Source: Andalucia godoyi And28 (lineage: Eukaryota > Protista > Jakobida). Taken from it: 64,000 nt of DNA. The stretch is from contig VRVR01000016.1 in NCBI GenBank assembly GCA_009859145.1, positions 111,389-175,388 on the forward strand, in the 5' to 3' direction. The position numbers and the translations under genes were made by a program. Shown here one piece after another: positions 42,777 through 54,150 of the stretch; positions within the stretch are counted from its first letter, which is position 1, and each line of letters opens with the position of its first letter. The notes beneath the pieces are model-generated. The model had not been told where the DNA came from. It made no database searches and saw nothing but the letters and a program-made list of their open reading frames with translations.

Positions 42777-45700
42777 CTATCGTCCGTGTGCACTTGGCCT
42801 CCGTGCACTTGCTGGCCGACCGCCTCCACGTCGAAGGCTTTCAAGTTCCCTTGAGAATTTGTCAAAGCTAACGGTTAACGCACTTCTGACTTGCAACGAC
42901 GAATTACTGCCGACAGCGGATCTCGTTGACATTGGTTCAGCAGGACTCTGAGACGCCTCCGGTGTCTCGGTCGGCATTCGATCAGATGCTCGAACGGCCA
43001 ACGATGTCCTAGCACTAGATGGTCGACCTTTCCACGATGCCGCGAACAACGGCTGAATTCCGACAGCCGTCGCGCGGCTTGGGATGTTCCGGGCCGATTC
43101 TGGACGTGAGAGCCTGGAGCCAGGCGTTACTGCTGATGACGATCGACAGGACACCAGCTGATGTGCGTTCGCATTGGTGGTGATTTCACTTTCGATTGCG
43201 GGTCGATAGGTCACCGACCCAGAAGATTTTGCAGACTCGGGACGGGGCGAAATGGTTCGAACAGTATGGCTACCGATTGTGGTGCCGTAACTCACGGTAG
43301 GAGTTTCCGATTTCACGATCTTCAACTTGGAAAGATCCACTTTAGGAATGAGAGGATGAATTGTCGTCAATGCGGCCTCGACACTGAATGATGGATCCAC
43401 TCCTTTCAGCCAGTGATCGACTTCTTCTGGCAGGACCGCCGTGTCGCTACGAGAGTTCATGAATTGGCGTTCTTTCTGCCAGTTCGACAAAATATTCTCA
43501 AGATCCTTTTGGCCCATGGAATTCATGGATGACGCAGTCCATGGGCGAGAAGACGGCTTCCGAGAAAATGACATTGAGCTGCGTCGCTTCTCGGTGTCCG
43601 CATTCACTGGAGACCGCAGAGATCCCTCGTAGTCATCAACAGCCGTGCGCGCCGTCATGCCAGACTCCAGTAAGCCATCGGCTTCCACTGTAGTGTGCAA
43701 AACACGACTGGATTTCGGGCGTCTGCGTACCTGCTCCGACACCCACGCATCAACAAGCTTCGTTTTTGTCGTCGTGTTGCGCATCGGTGCACTCCGTGGC
43801 CGGGCTCCGGGGCCTCCGACCACTGAGGAATCTTGAACTCGCGGAGCAAACTGCTGGACTTCAAACTTTGTCTCAACGTTTGAGACCCGAAGGAGACCAG
43901 TGAACTTCTCCGTCAACGTGGCAGGATTCGCAGACAGCGGACGTGCCAGCACACCAGAGCTCTTACGGGCAATTGGGCTGCCGTCTTCGCTCCAGGAGCC
44001 CTCACTGTCCACTTCCTGAACAAATTCGTCCAGCGATTGACTGTCAATCGACGGACGGTTGAGAATCGGGACAGCAAGATTCTCGACAAAGAAGTCGGAC
44101 CTTCTGTCCATAAGACCGGAACTAGCAGACTTTTGGACGACGGGCAGCGAGGGGCGCACGCTGGTGGGCAGACTGTCCAATCGCTGGTGACGCGAGGATT
44201 CTGGAACTGCTGTTTCGGACAGTTTGTGCAGTTCAAGCAGTTTGGTGACGTCTAAATTGTGCAACCGAACAAGCTTCCAAAACCCAGAGTGGTCAGCTGG
44301 TCGAATACCTCTTCGCAAATCGTCCAGAATTCTGCTGAAGATCGCTTTCTCCACGCCATGAACATCGGCTGCATGTACAAAGAACTCAAACTCTTCCAGG
44401 TTTGTGATTGCGTGCGCGACCTCTGAGCGAATTGGCTTCGACTCCGCAGTCACTTGCTCGCTCTTTGAAGACAGCATCTGCTCGTCTTGCGGAGCATGGT
44501 GCTCCGGAGATGACGGCACCACGTACTCGGGCTCCGGCTGCGCCATGGCAGTTGTCGGACGGCCTGCAGGCGGCGGCCGTGGCATTGGAAGACGGGTTCT
44601 TGCGCTAGAAGGTCTCTTCGTGTGACCAGATTTCCTCGGAGGAGGCGCAGGCGCTGGAGATTGTACTTGTGAAGCAGCCTTTGATTTAAGTAACGCGGCC
44701 AAAATTCCGTCCCCTGCAGACAAGCAAGTCAAAACCCAAAAAAACAAGGAAAAAAGGGAAGGAGAGAAGAAAAAAAGTAAAGTTAATAACAGGATTGTGA
44801 GAAGACCGTGCAAAGAACAACACACCATTATGGAAACATTGCGGGAGAAGAAAACACATACGTCGCTTGACATAATCGGTATTCAGCACTTTCTTTCTTA
44901 GTTTCTTGAGAAAGTCGACATACGAGTCGGGGTCGATTTCCTCGACCCATGTATCTGCAAGGTCAAACAATGAAGCGGAAAAGGCTCGCTGCGAGATGCT
45001 CGACGCTCCGTCCGCATCGTTCTTCCAGTCCTCTTGAAGAATGGCAGCCAGTTCGGTGCCCGACGATGTCTCCATAAGCTCGGGAACTACAATGCGATAT
45101 ATCCTATCCACAATATATAAATATTCGTCCTTGTCCAGCATTAAAGGGTCTTCTCTGCTCTTGAGAGCAAGATCCCACCACGATTTCACTTCTGACTCAA
45201 AGTGTGCGTGCTCGCGGATGCGGTCTCTCTGCAACAGTGCGCTATCCGTGTACAAATCTAAATTGCCCTGGAATCGATACGGAATGCTCTCTGGATCAAC
45301 ACTAAACGGGATCTCTGGAATGACCACCCCCTGGATCACAAGCAACTGGATTTCCTTGCGCAGGCTTTCGTATCGCTGAATTCGAGTACGGACCTTTGCA
45401 CGCCCAGCCCACGAAACAATTTTGAAGACAATCGAAGATGAACGGTGCATCGTAGCTTTCGAAGACGCGGTAATCGACTGGCTCTGCTCCGATCCGTTCG
45501 GATGAAGTTGCGGATGCGGATGCGGATGCTGCTGCTGCTGCTGTTGCAAAATCCTTTCGATGCAGTCCTTTCGTAGTTGACGATAGACAAGTTTTAGTTT
45601 CACGACATTCGAGAGTGTAAGAGACCCATCTGGTCGTATGCTCACCCACTCATCGTCCGCCGATGTTCGTGAGGTGGTCTCCACAGCGGGACTGACAGGA

Positions 45701-46172
45701 GCCATTTTCCAAGCTAAACTCAGCAAGCAAACACAATAACAATAATAACAAAAAACAGCAGTCAGTAAGGAGTAAATTCAACTAAACTGAACTAATTCGA
45801 AGGCAGTGAGACGCATACTTGACAAATTAGGCTCAGAACCGCGTCGTTGAAACGATGTCGTCTGATGATCAGCATTCTGTTTTTGAAGTCTGTACGGCCC
45901 GGAGTACACATCGTTGCTATCTGAAGCTGACTGCTGCGTCCATCCTCCAATTGACACAATGGAAAGGCCAGCTAAAAGAATTTGATCGAAAAAAGAAGAA
46001 GACGAAAACGCATGAGAAGCAATGAGAGAGCAGAGGACAGAGTCGGGAAAAGGATCCAAATTAAGGAAAACAACATACTCTTTCGAGAATCTGTGGTTGC
46101 GGACGACGTCTCGCTTCGCTTGGTGGACTCCAAAATTTTGGCCTTTATGGCCCTTGACCACATCTGCGACAT
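42777..46172 (-). CDS. ~1011-aa hypothetical protein with EF-hand-like central domain; 4 exons (46172-46079, 45971-45819, 45713-44862, 44713-42777)
   Basis: Three GTATG..AG introns, all phase 1, join the separate ORF-track fragments into one frame. Contains DKDEY and LFDLADTWVEEID...YVDFLKKL segments. Confidence 0.75.
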
Positions 46173-46645
46173 CGGCGCATACTAGGATCGAAATGAGAAA
46201 AAGGCGGAGATGTATGTACAGAGAGCAAGATAATTCCTGTCACTGTTATTGCCGTTTGTGATCGTCGTCGTGATTACTACAATTCCCTGTTGTTATTGTA
46301 TGTTGGACAGCGAATCGATTGAAGAAAACACCCAAATCAAAGAGAGACTATTCATTTTTTTGGGAGGGAAAATTTTTTAATATAAAACGACACGTCGATG
46401 ATGGGCTTTTGGGCTTTCCGACGTGCTTTTGGTTCGGGAATCTCTCAACGAGAAAACTGTTGTTTGTTGAGGACTGTTTTTGTCGACTTGTCGGGTAATT
46501 TAATGAGAATTTTCCGACACGACGCTGTGCTTCAAAAACAAAACAGAAGAAAAAACAGAAGAAACGAAGAGAGAAAACGAAAGGCAAAGACCGTGAGACT
46601 GCTGGAGGTGATGAAACGAAGAGAACTGTACTGTAGGTGAATTGG

Positions 46646-47341
46646 CTATACATATCCAGAGGGTGTTTCTGCACGAGCGATCTGCACACCAAGGGCAACA
46701 TCGGTTTGATTGATTGCGGAAAGATCGGGAACCGGGTGCTCGACAGGAGTGGGTTCAGGGGCATCTCGTTTCCTGTTGTTGCTCTTCAATGCCGTACATT
46801 CGGCGATGGAGCCATGCGACTCTTGATTTTGCGTCGGAACCAGTCGTGTAGGATCAGATAGGACAGGCGTCTTCCTCCTCTTGTACTCTGCATATGTGAC
46901 GACGCTGTCCCACTTTTGCTTCACAGCAGCACCGGCTTTTGCGATTGCGAGAAATCCTGCACCGTAAGGATCCATTTGGATTAGCTGCGGATTCTCAACG
47001 ATTTTCTCGTTGATTTCGAGTAAAAGACCCTTCATTCCGGCGTACATTTTGTACTTTGTTCCGTCCTCCATGTGCAGAATACACAGAATCATCGTCACTT
47101 CGCAATACGATGAATTTCGTTTGGATCGGTTCACACTCGTTGGAATCGCTCTGTTCTCTGGAATCTCCACCTTTTCAATCCGCTTGCCTGAAGTCAGGCA
47201 CGGATGCCCTTCCGCAATCCCCGTTATGCATACATGGTTCGAATGCATCGCAAAGTACCGATCGCGATCCACATCAAACTTGACGTCATACTCGCCACTA
47301 CGCAACAGCCGCGGTGTCTGAAGAACACGAGTCGCTGCCAT
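46646..47341 (-). CDS. ABITRAM: Abitram/Simiate (FAM206A)-like single-hybrid-motif protein
   Basis: HSNHVCITGIAEGHP and YAGMKGLLLEINEKIVENPQLIQMDPYGAGFLAI motifs. Probable ATG at 47341. Confidence 0.82.
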   Translation of the reverse strand: MAATRVLQTPRLLRSGEYDVKFDVDRDRYFAMHSNHVCITGIAEGHPCLTSGKRIEKVEIPENRAIPTSVNRSKRNSSYCEVTMILCILHMEDGTKYKMYAGMKGLLLEINEKIVENPQLIQMDPYGAGFLAIAKAGAAVKQKWDSVVTYAEYKRRKTPVLSDPTRLVPTQNQESHGSIAECTALKSNNRKRDAPEPTPVEHPVPDLSAINQTDVALGVQIARAETPSGYV

Positions 47342-48666
47342 TTCTCGGATTTCCTCTTCTTTCTCTTCTTCTTCTTCTTGCACTTTTCTGTTCTGTCCGT
47401 TTTGCTTTTCTCCCAAAAAATTTCAGTTCCTCCTCCTCCTCCAACAACAACAACACCAGGATACTCGCCTTTATAGAAAATCCGAATCAAGACGCTTGCG
47501 AATGAACGAATGAGCGAAGAAGAAATGGACAAGCACGTGCTGGCAAACGCCATGTTGTTTTTACGCCAGCCCAAATCGGCAACAAACAAGGTTATGTTCG
47601 GTTTGTTAGATTATTTTAAATTTTATTTTATTTTATTTTTTTAAAATAATATATTTAATTTATTATTCTGGTACGTTGCGGTGAGCAGGAGAGACTGGAG
47701 AGAGGTAGGAGCATTTTGTGTATAGTGCAATGCGGCCGGAGTGCCGACTGTCGCCTGGATCAGAGCTGCACCCCTTAGCAGCCATCTGTGGCTTTTGAGA
47801 GGGTTTCAGGTTTTACTGCTAGCCACGCACAAAAAGCAGTGTTTGGGAGACATCGTCTGCATTGCACATGGAGCATGCCTAGTCATTGCAGCCCCTCCAG
47901 CATCCGAACCGAATGTGAATTCAATTCAGAAGGGGTGGTGGGCCTCAGTACGCTGAAGCGTTTTCGAAAGTAGATATTGCGCGCACCTCTCCAATCTCGG
48001 TCCAGACATGTCGAACAGGACGGGGCCATCGGAACGACGATGAATCGGCGTGAATGGGAAAAAAAAGAAGACGAGTGGAACAGCATTGTCTGAAATGACT
48101 GGGTGAGTGGGGTAAGTATGGTAAATTACATTTACTCAAGACTGCATTTACAACCACAAACTACTATTACTGCTACACCGACTGACGGAAGGACGGACAA
48201 GCCGCCTGGCTGACTCGAAAAGAAAGAGTGTCCCGACCCCTCGAGATCTGGAAGTGGAAAGCGGAGTGGAGGAGAGGCGGCGAAGAGACAGGATGTTGTG
48301 GACTGCGGAGTGACTAGCGGACATGCCCGTCACCGCCATTTCATATTGAGTGAATTATTGCGATTTCTTTTCGTCTGATTTAGAAGGAAACCACGATGAA
48401 AAGACTGCTTCGCGCTGTGATTGAGTAAGCAGAGCTGGAAAAAGAACCACAGAAGCTCCGACGACAATCACCGACACAAGACTCACAACCGCAACTCTTT
48501 CTTTGGACATCGCGTCTTATTATCCACGCATCAGAGTATTCGTATGTATTATTCGGTGAAACGAATTCTTCAAAACATGTATTTATGTATTTATGTATTC
48601 ATAAAAACAAGAAGAAGAAAACGACGATTTATGAGGCAAAATCTAGAGTGCTCAAGTGGATTGAAC

Positions 48667-49218
48667 CGCCTACATTGTACACTGAACATGCATATCTACG
48701 AACAGACATGCATATTCAATCTTGCATCCCGTCGCCGGGAAGGGGATCGGCTCCAACACGCCTCTCTGCGCTCTTCAGATAAATGTTCCGCGCTCCGTTC
48801 CCAATCTCGGTCAATGTGCGAGCCACTTTCTCAGCGTGACACGCCGTTCCTGAGAAGGGTGCATTTTGATTCTGACGGCCCTAGCAGCAGGCGCAGTGAC
48901 ACGCGGTCTCTTAGGAGGTCTGCGGGACCTAGGAGGCCCTGTATCGAGCGGCGTAGGCGTAGGCGAATGCGTCTTCCTAGCGCACTCACGCCCATATTTG
49001 AATTAATAAAGTGGAACCAACGAATGATAGAATAGATGGCTACGGATGCTGCGTTAAAGAGTGTCGAAAAAGCGGAGCCTGTGTCACCGGCTGAATTTTG
49101 GCCGAGCGTGCGTAAGCACGGATTCCTGTGAAACAAACAGGCTAGTGTCGGCGAGTATCGACCATGTCTGTTTACGTATACTTCCATATGCATGACAATG
49201 ACTTGTCATTATTCAACG
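48667..49218 (+). repeat. Dispersed ~555-bp element, copy 2
   Basis: Reverse complement of 13147-13701. Confidence 0.93.
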
Positions 49219-49818
49219 ACTTCCTGAGGAGGAAACCATAGGCTTAACTTCCGCATTGCCATTTTTTGCCAAATAAGCAATCTGGTTTGTGATTGCCACA
49301 AGTGCGTGAAACAAGGGGTTTTCTGTTGTTGGTTTTATTTTATTTTTGTTTTGTTGGGATACGGCGTCACTGAAAATAATGTACAGATGGAACAGTCTCG
49401 AAAGCTTTGCTTGGTAAAATCTATTTATCACGAGACAATTCTCGAGGGAAAACCTTCAAAGAACCCAAATGGTTTGTCGTCAATTTTTTCTTGTGTTCTC
49501 TCTGCAATGGTTACATGGATTTGTCTGTGTGTGTGTGTGTGTGTGTGCTTCTCAAAAATCGGCATGCTAATCATTGCTTTGTTGTGCAGATTTGCAAAAT
49601 TTCCTTCAGGTTCTTGACTGGGTAATCTCTGAAAGAATCCAGCAATCGGAATTCGATGCATTGTATGCTGCATGGCTTTCATCCGGCTCGGACAGCGTAT
49701 GTTTGATCTTTTATGAATTTTAGTATTATCGTGGTTTGGCTTCTTTTTTTTGTGGTACATTTTTCTGAATTTATTTGTTGCGTGTGTGTTTGTGTGTGTT
49801 TGTGTGTAGAGTTCAAAG

Positions 49819-52116
49819 ATGCGCATTCCGGAAGATGAATTTCGAAAGCTCATTCGGACGAGAGCAGAGACGGAGCTTGATTTAATGCTCAGTTGCATCA
49901 TGACGTCGTTCAACAACTCATTGTTGACTTCTGGAAAGGTGTCGCCTCAGTGGATCCGAGATGCAGAGACGGTGTTTTTCATGCTTGATTCTGCAGGGTA
50001 TGGGTACGTCACGATTGATGAACTGCAGTTCTTGGTGCTGGCGCTCGTGGGGGAAGAAGAATCTTCGTGGTCGCATCGTCGACTGTTGAAATCCACTGCA
50101 GAGTTCATGAAGGATGCCGCAGCGGTCAATGGAATTCTAACGTTGAGAAGATTCAAACAGTACTTCTTGGTCAATAACATTGATGAAATGGCGCTGGAAA
50201 GCACAATTCGAAAGCTCGAGTCGGAGGCCACGAAATGGATTGGTTTTGTGCAGCGCGATGTGGATACGATACCCCGGACCTGGGAAAAGGCGGTTAGGGA
50301 AGGTGCCCGATTCGTGGGAAAGACCCTGTTTAGCGGTGGTTCAACTGGCGCTGGAGAAGATGTTGATTACTATTTGTGGATGGATACTGCAGATTTGCGA
50401 TGCGATTTTGTGGAGGAGCAGCAACAGTGGAAGTTGTCCTTGGAGCTCTTTCGACGGTTTGCAGATCATCATGAGGACCTATACTCCCTGACCACAGAGG
50501 AAGACATTTTAAACAGCCCAGTCTTCATTCAAATGCAGCAGACCTTGTTGCTCTATCAGGAGTACATGTCGAAGATTTTGTCGTCGCTGACAGAGCCGCA
50601 GTCGTTTCGGACCTCGACACTAAGGAGCCCTCCTGGCGGGCCGCTCTCTTCACGATCTCGATCATATTTGTCTGAAACACCCGTTAAGGCGGCTCCAGGA
50701 TCTGCGTCGCCAAGACATGCGTCCATGCGCTTGACGAATATTGCTTCTCCCGAAAAGGACTTCAGAGACTCCATTTTGAATGTGACTGCCAAGGACGACA
50801 TCTCTATGGTTACCAATAAGAACGACTCGGTGTCGGAATCCAATCTTTCCGATTCTCAGGATTTTCCGCAGCTGGTCGTCGACGATCCCCTGCCGGAAGC
50901 TGCAGAGGTGGATCGCATGGTTCGAAATGCTGAATGGGTCGATGTGCGCTTGGAGGATGTCATTTCAGCTCCACGGCCGCAGTTACTGTCCTTGCTCGAT
51001 ACCTCCGGTTCGAAGCAGTCGTCTTTGATCTCGGCCACTGCTACCGCTACCGCCATACCGACGTCCACACCCACATCCGTGTCCATTCCTGCTGTAGCAA
51101 GCATGCAGCGGCCCGGTGAGGTCTCGTCGACGCATGATGGTCCGACGTCCATCGTTAATGTGGACTCGGAGACTGTCGACACGTTGTCCTCGGTGCCCCC
51201 TACGCCAATCCCGCCCTGGGTGGAACACCTGACCAAGTCGATTGTGGATAGCCTGGTGGAGTACCAGAAGAAGCTCTCTGAAACCCAAAACTCGTCGGCC
51301 GCACACAACTCGGTGTCCCACGTGGACCAGACACAGGTTCCGCCCTCGCCGAGCGTTATTGCGCCGGGACAGTCGGGTCTGTTTACCCCAGCGAGTCGCA
51401 TGCACAGTTTGACGTCGCCGTCGCCGGGTGTCCAGGCCCCACCCCCAAAGTTTGGAAGTCCCCATGTTCCGCCAGACCTTCTTGCTCAGTCTTATGAATC
51501 TGCCATGCATCGGCTTGCGGAGTTAAACGTTGCATTCCCTCCATTCGCTCAAACAGAGCCGACTCCGGAGCAGGAATTGCAGACAATGCTGAGCGCTCAT
51601 TCAGGAACCAAGGGTTCATCGCTGAACACCGTTCCTTCTGTGGATCTCATAACCCCGGACTATCTGAAGTCCGTGCTTCGGACGATGGGACAACCTCACG
51701 ATGACCTCCGCGAACTGCAGGCTGGCGTGATCCATCCTCCTCCTCCAGTGATGGTACCAGGAAGCAGCTCCGACCAGCATGCGAAAACAATTCGCCCGTC
51801 TGTACTGTCCGACGTTCCGCACGCATCGGATGGGTATAATAAGGGAAGGACAGGTGGATCGTCGAGATCAACCACGCCTCGTGAATCTCTGAAAAGAGGA
51901 GACTCGTCGTCCTATGCAGAGATATTGTCGACGATGAACTTGTCGACGGAACCGTTCAAGAAACAGGCTAAATCCAATGCCGCCGCTGGTGCTGGTGCTG
52001 GTGCTTTCTCGTCAGCAAGCTCCAAGAACAGCAACAGCGGTAACAATCGATCTGCGGCTAGTAATCCGCGAACTACACAGCGTTCCTCAAGAGCGCCCGC
52101 TGGGGAACGATTCTAA
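49819..52116 (+). CDS. EF-hand-containing protein with long Ser/Pro-rich tail
   Basis: EF-hand-like FFMLDSAGYGYVTIDEL and a second degenerate loop (DAAAVNGILTLRRF). Confidence 0.7.
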   Translation: MRIPEDEFRKLIRTRAETELDLMLSCIMTSFNNSLLTSGKVSPQWIRDAETVFFMLDSAGYGYVTIDELQFLVLALVGEEESSWSHRRLLKSTAEFMKDAAAVNGILTLRRFKQYFLVNNIDEMALESTIRKLESEATKWIGFVQRDVDTIPRTWEKAVREGARFVGKTLFSGGSTGAGEDVDYYLWMDTADLRCDFVEEQQQWKLSLELFRRFADHHEDLYSLTTEEDILNSPVFIQMQQTLLLYQEYMSKILSSLTEPQSFRTSTLRSPPGGPLSSRSRSYLSETPVKAAPGSASPRHASMRLTNIASPEKDFRDSILNVTAKDDISMVTNKNDSVSESNLSDSQDFPQLVVDDPLPEAAEVDRMVRNAEWVDVRLEDVISAPRPQLLSLLDTSGSKQSSLISATATATAIPTSTPTSVSIPAVASMQRPGEVSSTHDGPTSIVNVDSETVDTLSSVPPTPIPPWVEHLTKSIVDSLVEYQKKLSETQNSSAAHNSVSHVDQTQVPPSPSVIAPGQSGLFTPASRMHSLTSPSPGVQAPPPKFGSPHVPPDLLAQSYESAMHRLAELNVAFPPFAQTEPTPEQELQTMLSAHSGTKGSSLNTVPSVDLITPDYLKSVLRTMGQPHDDLRELQAGVIHPPPPVMVPGSSSDQHAKTIRPSVLSDVPHASDGYNKGRTGGSSRSTTPRESLKRGDSSSYAEILSTMNLSTEPFKKQAKSNAAAGAGAGAFSSASSKNSNSGNNRSAASNPRTTQRSSRAPAGERF

Positions 52117-52294
52117 CGTTTCATGTTGGTTGTGTCAACGATGTGCCGTAAATTTTCATCGTAATATATACAAGCATCGTGCTTCTTCGTCTTGCATGCG
52201 GGTCGGGAAAGGAAAACGACATGCTGATGCATTTTGTCTTTTTCATTTTTCATTTTTCATTTTTTAAATTTTAATTATTGTTATATAACTAAAA

Positions 52295-53752
52295 TCACGA
52301 AATAGAATTGCCGACGGCAACGCTCAATCCAAGTCCCATGCTTGATCCACAGGATATTCCAAGCAGCAAAAAGAAGGACATCATGGTTCCTGCGGTTTGC
52401 TTTTCGAAATCATCGGTCGGACCTGGTCCCCACATCATCAGCGTGGAGCCTAGATATCCATTTGAAAACGCCATGAGTACCATGAGAATGATTGGAATGG
52501 AGTCGTGTTGGAAATACGCTGGATGTACGCAGAACACAAACAGTGGAATGAACAGAAGGCGGGCGAGAACGGCATACACAATCGTCGTTTCGTTCACCAG
52601 ATTAATTTTTCCAGCAAGCGTTCTCCCCGCGGTATCAAACACATTGAAGGTCGTGATGAGGATGACCGGGAACCAGTCTCCGAGTCCCTGGTACGACGGA
52701 ATGACGACGCACAGGCCGGGGAAAATGCCGAGAGTGACGAAAAAGACGCACCAAACCAAGAATCCGTGCTTCTTAATCTTGCCCAGCACGACAAAAGTGC
52801 TCGGATGTGGAGCAACTTCATTGATGGATGCTGCTGACTTGGAAGCCAGCAAGGAAGACGTCTCTGAGCTTCCAGATTTGATTTCCGCATACTCTTCATC
52901 GGCGGAGATCGCTTGAGAATCAATGTACTGTTGAATATACGGAATCCTTCGCAACACAAACAAGGAGATGATCACTGCAACCATGACGACTGCTGCAACC
53001 TCAAAGTAGATGATGGTTGCTTCCTTGATTCCATCATCGGATGCAGGCATCGTTGCCTTGGTAATGATGCGCAGCAAACAAACGAACACGCCAGAAACAC
53101 CGTTGCCGGCCATCAACGCCTGCGTAAAATGAAAAGGCAGAGCGCCTCCTAAGCCGAACGATCCTGCCTGAGTAGACGCCGTCCCAACACCCATGATAAC
53201 CACAAACGCCACAGTAATTCCCATCGCAACAGACGAGGACAGCATGTACGTCAACAGCGGCATCAGCACCAGAATGGCAAAGAACACGGCAAAGAACGGT
53301 ACCGTCTTCGACATGAAAGACATGCGATGTCCGAACTTCACCAGCAGCAACAGCCCCAAAAGATTAGGATACGAAAACGCAATCGAAAAGTAAAACTCAA
53401 TCGCTGGGCCGTACAGCAAGCTAAAGTAGTCTGGGGCAGAAATCACAATGTTCCACGGAAGCAGCACACCGACTCCCAGCAGCAAAAAGATCCAATACGC
53501 CACATGCGACTATTTCACACAGCTCAAATAAATAAAGAAGAAAGAAGAAAGAAGGAGGGGGGAAAGCACCCAAAATGACCAATGAGAACATTAATTCGCA
53601 AAAGAAAAAAAAAACAAATTTCAAAACCCGAAAATGACTGAAGACTCTCCATGATCATCAACGCGAGATTGCCGAATGTACATTAAATGCAAAGATCGAA
53701 AAACACGAAAAAAAACAACAACAAAAAAACATACGGTTGGTTCTGACGCCAT
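52295..53752 (-). CDS. Equilibrative nucleoside transporter (SLC29/ENT); 2 exons (53752-53735, 53509-52295)
   Basis: LLGVGVLLPWN, GNGVSG, FFVTLGIFPG, FNVFDTAGR and AFSNGYLG motifs. Micro-exon MASEPT joins in frame via a GTATGT..TAG intron. Confidence 0.93.
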
Positions 53753-54076
53753 TTCGGAAGATGGTCTTCGTGGCTTTAGCAAATCATCCTCGAATGAAGC
53801 AAAGAAGACGAAGAACAAAGACGAACTCGCAGAAGCAGCAGTCCTCTCTCAGATGCTTCCTTCCTGCGTGTGTTGGGCATACTGCAGGCATACCTTCACG
53901 AAACAACGAAAGAGAGATACGCGAATGTTGGTTACGACGGTTGGCACCCCCAACAGACAATTGTCCGACATTCTGCATGGGGCCACTGGCCCAAGGACTA
54001 CTGCTATGTTGTAGGACACCGCCGTCTTTCCAGCGTTTTCTGCGCTGACGAGTGAAAGCAGAAAAAAGGAAAAGGA

Positions 54077-54135
54077 AGAAGAACAAGAACAAGAAGAAGA
54101 AGAAGAAGAAGAAGAAGAAGAAGAAGAAGAAGAAG
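54077..54135. repeat. (AAG)n trinucleotide repeat upstream of saccharopine dehydrogenase
   Basis: Direct reading. It produces the spurious poly-Lys N-terminus in the ORF track. Confidence 0.9.
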
Positions 54136-54150
54136 AGTGTGGGATTGGTA

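Noticed and set aside
47511-47590. Peptide resembling the Pex14 N-terminal motif (LANAMLFLRQPK)
   Set aside because: No in-frame or plausibly spliced continuation containing the expected K..FL..KGL...EI half, so it is too short to support.
48105-48122. ATACTTACC on the minus strand, identical to the U1 snRNA 5' end
   Set aside because: No downstream U1 stem-loop I, loop II (ATTGCAC) or Sm site. It is simply the complement of a GGTAAGTAT donor-like sequence.
54052-54150. Poly-Lys N-terminal extension of saccharopine dehydrogenase
   Set aside because: Translation of an AAG microsatellite from a GTG start. The ATG at 54151 gives the family-typical start.
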